Shown here piece by piece: positions 59,985 through 64,000 of a DNA stretch of 64,000 bases. Each line of letters starts with the position of its first letter. Within the stretch, counting starts at the first letter, position 1. The notes beneath the pieces were generated by a model. The model was given only the letters and a program-made list of their open reading frames with translations. It had not been told where the DNA came from and searched no databases. A program made the translations under genes and the position numbers. Origin of the DNA: Ascoidea asiatica JCM 7603 (taxonomy: Eukaryota; Fungi; Ascomycota); NCBI GenBank assembly GCA_001600695.1, contig BCKQ01000001.1:2549521-2613520 (forward strand), in the 5' to 3' direction.

Positions 59985-61538
59985 ATGTTACTTTACTTTG
60001 AAGCAGAGAATTATTTGAATGTTGATATAAGACAAGGATCATTAATATCTAATATTTTCAATGATTCAAAATTGAAAAAACTTAAATCAAATCCAAAACA
60101 AATTATAGCATTAATTTCAACAACTTTAAAATATAAAATATATATTAAACAAATTATAAAAAATTCAAAAATTTTAAAGACAAAAGGTTTAAAATTACCA
60201 AAAAAAGTAAGTGAGAATTTATTATTATTATTGATACATGATTTATTATTCACAAAATCTGGTAGAATTCAATCACAAAAACATCCAATAAAAGATTTTA
60301 TATTATCAAATAAATCAAGATTAAATTCAGAATTTGTTAAATTAAAATTAAAATATAAAGTTAAAAGTTTTGAAGAATTAATAATAGATAATAATTCAAA
60401 TGAAGAAAATAATGATTTTACACCAATTAGATGGATTAGAATTAATTTAAATAATGTTAAAAATGTTGAAGAATTTTTTAAAAAAGATTTTTTTTTAAAA
60501 AATTTCAAATTTACTTTAGATTTAAATGAAATTAATAAAAAAAGAGGATTAATTTATAAAGATGAATATATACCATATTTATTTGGTATAAATCCAAAAG
60601 AAAAATTAACATCATCAAATGCATATAAAACTGGGAAAATAATAATTCAAGATAGATCATCATGTTTTCCAGCATTTATTTTATCATCAATTATTGATAG
60701 AAAAAAGTATTTAAATGAAGATGAAGATGAAGATGAAGAAGAAAGTTATAATTATAAATTCATTGATTCATGTGCAGCTCCAGGAAATAAAACAACACAT
60801 TTATCAATGATTTTAAAAAATAAAAATAATTCAATAATTGCATTTGAAAAAAATAAAGAAAGATCATTAATTTTAAAAAAAATGATTGAAAAAGCTGGAT
60901 CAAATAAATGTATTTCAATTATTGTTGGAGATTTTACATTAAGTAAACCAAATGATAATGAATTTAAAGATGTAATTGGATTTATAGTAGATCCATCATG
61001 TTCAGGTAGTGGTATATTTGGTAGAGTTTTAGAAGATAAAATGTTAAATGATAGAAAACAAATTTTAGATTCAAATATTTCTAAAGACAATGACAATGAA
61101 AATGAAAATGAAAATGAAAATGAAAATGAAAATGAACATGAAGAAGAATTAAATTTTGAAGAAAAATTATCATTATCTAAGAAAACAGATATTGAACGAG
61201 TTAAGAAACTTGGATCATTTCAAGTAAGTATTGTTAAACATGCATTATCATTTCCAAGTGGAAAATATGTTGTTTATTCTACATGTTCAATTCATGCTGA
61301 AGAAAATGAACAAGTTGTTATTGATTTATTAAATGATCCAATAGTTAAATCTAATGGATGGAAATTATCACCAAGAGCAAAAGTAATTCCAAATTGGAAA
61401 AGAAGAGGTTGGAAAAAAGAATTTCTTAAAGCTGGATTCTCAGAAGAAGAAGCAGAATATCATTCAAATGGATGTATCAGAAGCTTGCCTAAGATCGATG
61501 GAGGAATTGGATTCTTTGCAGCTGCCTTCGAAAGATGA
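59985..61538 (+). CDS. RCM1: 25S rRNA m5C methyltransferase Rcm1 (NSUN5)
   Basis: TPIRWIRIN, IIIQDRSSCFPA, IDSCAAPGNKTTHL, VDPSCSGSG, VYSTCSIHAEENE, DGGIGFFAAAFER. Confidence 0.95.
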   Translation: MLLYFEAENYLNVDIRQGSLISNIFNDSKLKKLKSNPKQIIALISTTLKYKIYIKQIIKNSKILKTKGLKLPKKVSENLLLLLIHDLLFTKSGRIQSQKHPIKDFILSNKSRLNSEFVKLKLKYKVKSFEELIIDNNSNEENNDFTPIRWIRINLNNVKNVEEFFKKDFFLKNFKFTLDLNEINKKRGLIYKDEYIPYLFGINPKEKLTSSNAYKTGKIIIQDRSSCFPAFILSSIIDRKKYLNEDEDEDEEESYNYKFIDSCAAPGNKTTHLSMILKNKNNSIIAFEKNKERSLILKKMIEKAGSNKCISIIVGDFTLSKPNDNEFKDVIGFIVDPSCSGSGIFGRVLEDKMLNDRKQILDSNISKDNDNENENENENENENEHEEELNFEEKLSLSKKTDIERVKKLGSFQVSIVKHALSFPSGKYVVYSTCSIHAEENEQVVIDLLNDPIVKSNGWKLSPRAKVIPNWKRRGWKKEFLKAGFSEEEAEYHSNGCIRSLPKIDGGIGFFAAAFER

Positions 61539-61639
61539 ATTGAGACTCATTGAATGAAGGAATCAATAAATTAAGAAGTAAATAAAGATATAAATAATCT
61601 AATATCGACAACACCAAGTTTCAAATCAATTCAAAAACC

Positions 61640-61900
61640 AATAAGCAGGTCACGTGGTAAAACATCTAACAGTTACTCAGAAACTTTTCGGGGAGTTTGG
61701 CGTGGTCACGTTTCAGTCCAAATCCCGCGTGGTCGAACCTGAGGAGGCGGTTTTTACTCCCGCTTTGAAAAAACAAGAATTTTACCCCGAGCACGTGAAA
61801 CATGACGCAAAACGCATTTATGCGCCTATTGCTGCACAGTTTTATCACCGCTTTGAAGGCGGCGGCGGAGAAACGGCGGAGCGGCGGCGGCGATAAAAAT
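61640..61900. promoter_or_regulatory. GC-rich island upstream of the SNG1-like gene, with CACGTG boxes and GGCGGC runs
   Basis: GTCACGTG at about 61649, CACGTG at about 61792, (GGC)n at about 61858-61892. Confidence 0.55.
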
Positions 61901-62108
61901 ATAATTTTTCATTTGGGTAATAAAAAACTTATTTATCAGTAATAGATGGATATAAGTGAAGCTATTTGTGAAGAATGATATAAAGTTTTTCAATATTTAT
62001 TTATATATATACAGACTTTATTCTCTTTAAATCTAATGATGTTCTTCATGTGAAAAAATATATATATATATCTCTTTTTCAAATTAAGTTTCACTCAAGA
62101 GTATTAAA

Positions 62109-63713
62109 ATGACTGAAAGTGATAACTACTCTTCAATAGAAAAATATGATCAACAGAAAATAGCTAATGATCTAGTTGATGGTGATCAACTTTCAAAAGT
62201 TGTTTCAAAAATTGCACCTAATAATGATTTAGAATCAAATTCATATACTATTCAAGAATCTTCTAATCAAAAAAATGTTAATCAATTATCAAAACCTTTA
62301 TCAAGAGTAAATTCAGTAAAAACTGCTCTTGAAAAATATAGTATTTTTGATCCAAAAGTTAATTCTTATTGGTATAAAGTTATTAAAGGCTTTTTAATAA
62401 ATTGGGTAATTATGATTTTTTTTATTCTTGGAGTTTTTTCAATTTATTGGGGTTCTATGTTTCAAAAAGAAACAAGATATCAAAATTTAAAATTCTTAAT
62501 AGTATCCGAAGAACAAACTTCAAATTTAAATTCAAATTCAAATGATATTGATCCATATTTATCAAATTATATTCAAGATATTTTTCAAAATGATGATTAT
62601 TTACAATCTTTAGGTAATTGGAATTATATGAATTATGAAAATTTCACAGATAAATATAATTCAATTCATTCAAATAATTATCAATCAAATTTCAATTTTA
62701 AAAATAAAATTAATTCAATAATTCATCAACAAAAATTTTGGGCAACAATTTATATTTCAAAAAATTCAACAAATAATATTTATAATTCTTTTAAATCTTT
62801 AAATTCTTCTTTTAATACTAATGATCCAAATAATCCTTTAATTAGTTTTATTTATGAAACAAGTAGAGATCCATTATCAATGAATTCATATATTATACCA
62901 ATTTTAAATAAAGTTTCAAATTATATATCTTTAAATTTCTCTACTCAAATTTTTGATCAAATTATTAATAATGATTTAAATTCAACTGAAAAATATAATT
63001 TAATTAATAATGAACCTTCTTTATTAACTAATTTACCAATACCCTTTTTTATTGATAATCTTCCATTAACAGATTCTGTTTTAATGGCTCCATTACAAGT
63101 TGGTTTAATTTTTCAAATTATTATAACTTTTTTTCAATTTAATTTTTTTTCAACAACTCATCAAATTTTTAATAAAAATATAAAAATTAAAGAAAATCAT
63201 TATTTAATTTATAGAATTTTTTCTTCTCATATATCTTATTTTATTTTAGCTTTAGGTTTTTCACTTGTAACTTTATCATTTCAAGTTTCATTTAGTGTAA
63301 CTTTTGGTAAATCTGGATTTTTAGTTTATTGGATGATAACTTATTTAACAATGTCAGCTGTTGGTGGTGCTAATGAAAATATGGCTTTATTTATAATACC
63401 TTTTTTTCCTCCATTACTTGGATTTTGGTTATTATTTTGGGTTATTAGTAATATTGCTCCAACTTTTGCTCCAATGGCTTTAATTCCAAAATTTTTTAGA
63501 TATGGTTATGGATTTCCAATTCATAATTCCGCAGAACTTTCAAAAGTTATTTTCTTAAATGTTTCAAAACATCAAGTTGGTAGAAATATTGGTGTTTTAG
63601 TAGCTTGGGTTATATTAAATACTTTAATTCATCCATTAGCTCTTATTTTTTTTGGTAAAAAAATGGGTAAAAAAATGCAACAAGCAATTAATCTTAAAAA
63701 ACAAAAGAAATAA
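62109..63713 (+). CDS. SNG1: SNG1/YJR015W-family (DUF3533) polytopic membrane protein
   Basis: FSIYWGSMF, IHQQKFWATIYI, YETSRD, APLQVGLIF, FGKSGFLVYWM…MSAVGGANEN, FFRYGYGFPIHN, GRNIGVLVAW. Confidence 0.88.
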   Translation: MTESDNYSSIEKYDQQKIANDLVDGDQLSKVVSKIAPNNDLESNSYTIQESSNQKNVNQLSKPLSRVNSVKTALEKYSIFDPKVNSYWYKVIKGFLINWVIMIFFILGVFSIYWGSMFQKETRYQNLKFLIVSEEQTSNLNSNSNDIDPYLSNYIQDIFQNDDYLQSLGNWNYMNYENFTDKYNSIHSNNYQSNFNFKNKINSIIHQQKFWATIYISKNSTNNIYNSFKSLNSSFNTNDPNNPLISFIYETSRDPLSMNSYIIPILNKVSNYISLNFSTQIFDQIINNDLNSTEKYNLINNEPSLLTNLPIPFFIDNLPLTDSVLMAPLQVGLIFQIIITFFQFNFFSTTHQIFNKNIKIKENHYLIYRIFSSHISYFILALGFSLVTLSFQVSFSVTFGKSGFLVYWMITYLTMSAVGGANENMALFIIPFFPPLLGFWLLFWVISNIAPTFAPMALIPKFFRYGYGFPIHNSAELSKVIFLNVSKHQVGRNIGVLVAWVILNTLIHPLALIFFGKKMGKKMQQAINLKKQKK

Positions 63714-64000
63714 CTTTTTTATTCTTATATACTGTATACATATACATATTCTTTCAATTTTTATTGTTCAACTCCATTTTATTGTTTATATACCTTCATT
63801 GTCCTTTTCCTATTATTGATTGAATCAAATATTATAATATAATAAACACTATAAACATTATAATGAATAATGTAATAAATATTATATCAGAAAAACAGTT
63901 ACCAAATTAGGAAAGAATATACAGGTCAGTCATATTGCCTATATAGGCTTTACATGTTAGTGCAGTATTTAGGTGCAGAATACATACCTATACAAACATA

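Overview
Gene-dense, very AT-rich nuclear DNA from a budding yeast (Saccharomycotina). It holds about 30 protein-coding genes. I recognised no tRNA, rRNA, transposon or CRISPR features. Recognisable genes in order: CCT7, FPK1/KIN82 kinase, GPI14, a divergent Yap-type bZIP, RKM2-like SET protein, CWC24, two orphans, SPC97, GCN5, GH15 glucoamylase (SGA1-like), POT1, a Ser/Thr-rich secreted protein, MFS transporter copy 1, RSB1/RTA1, FYV10, ZRT2-like, RPT5, a mitochondrial PPR-like protein, a spartin/senescence-domain protein, LYS12, LSC1, RSM25, a spliced complex I subunit (NDUFB3/NB2M, absent from the ORF track), COX26-like, an sHSP with a prion-like N-terminus, MFS copy 2, RCM1 and an SNG1-family gene. 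Three window-wide patterns stand out. (1) The few in-frame CTG codons read better as Ser than Leu, which points to a CUG-Ser yeast; the composition suggests the Ascoidea/Saccharomycopsis group (inference). (2) Sharp GC-rich islands punctuate an otherwise extremely AT-rich sequence and invade gene ends. (3) A purine/pyrimidine strand asymmetry flips polarity at some islands regardless of gene orientation, and Gly codons switch from GGT to GGA inside SPC97. Pattern 3 may mark replication origins or another fixed strand-biased mutational source. All calls come from motif recognition by eye; no database searches were run.
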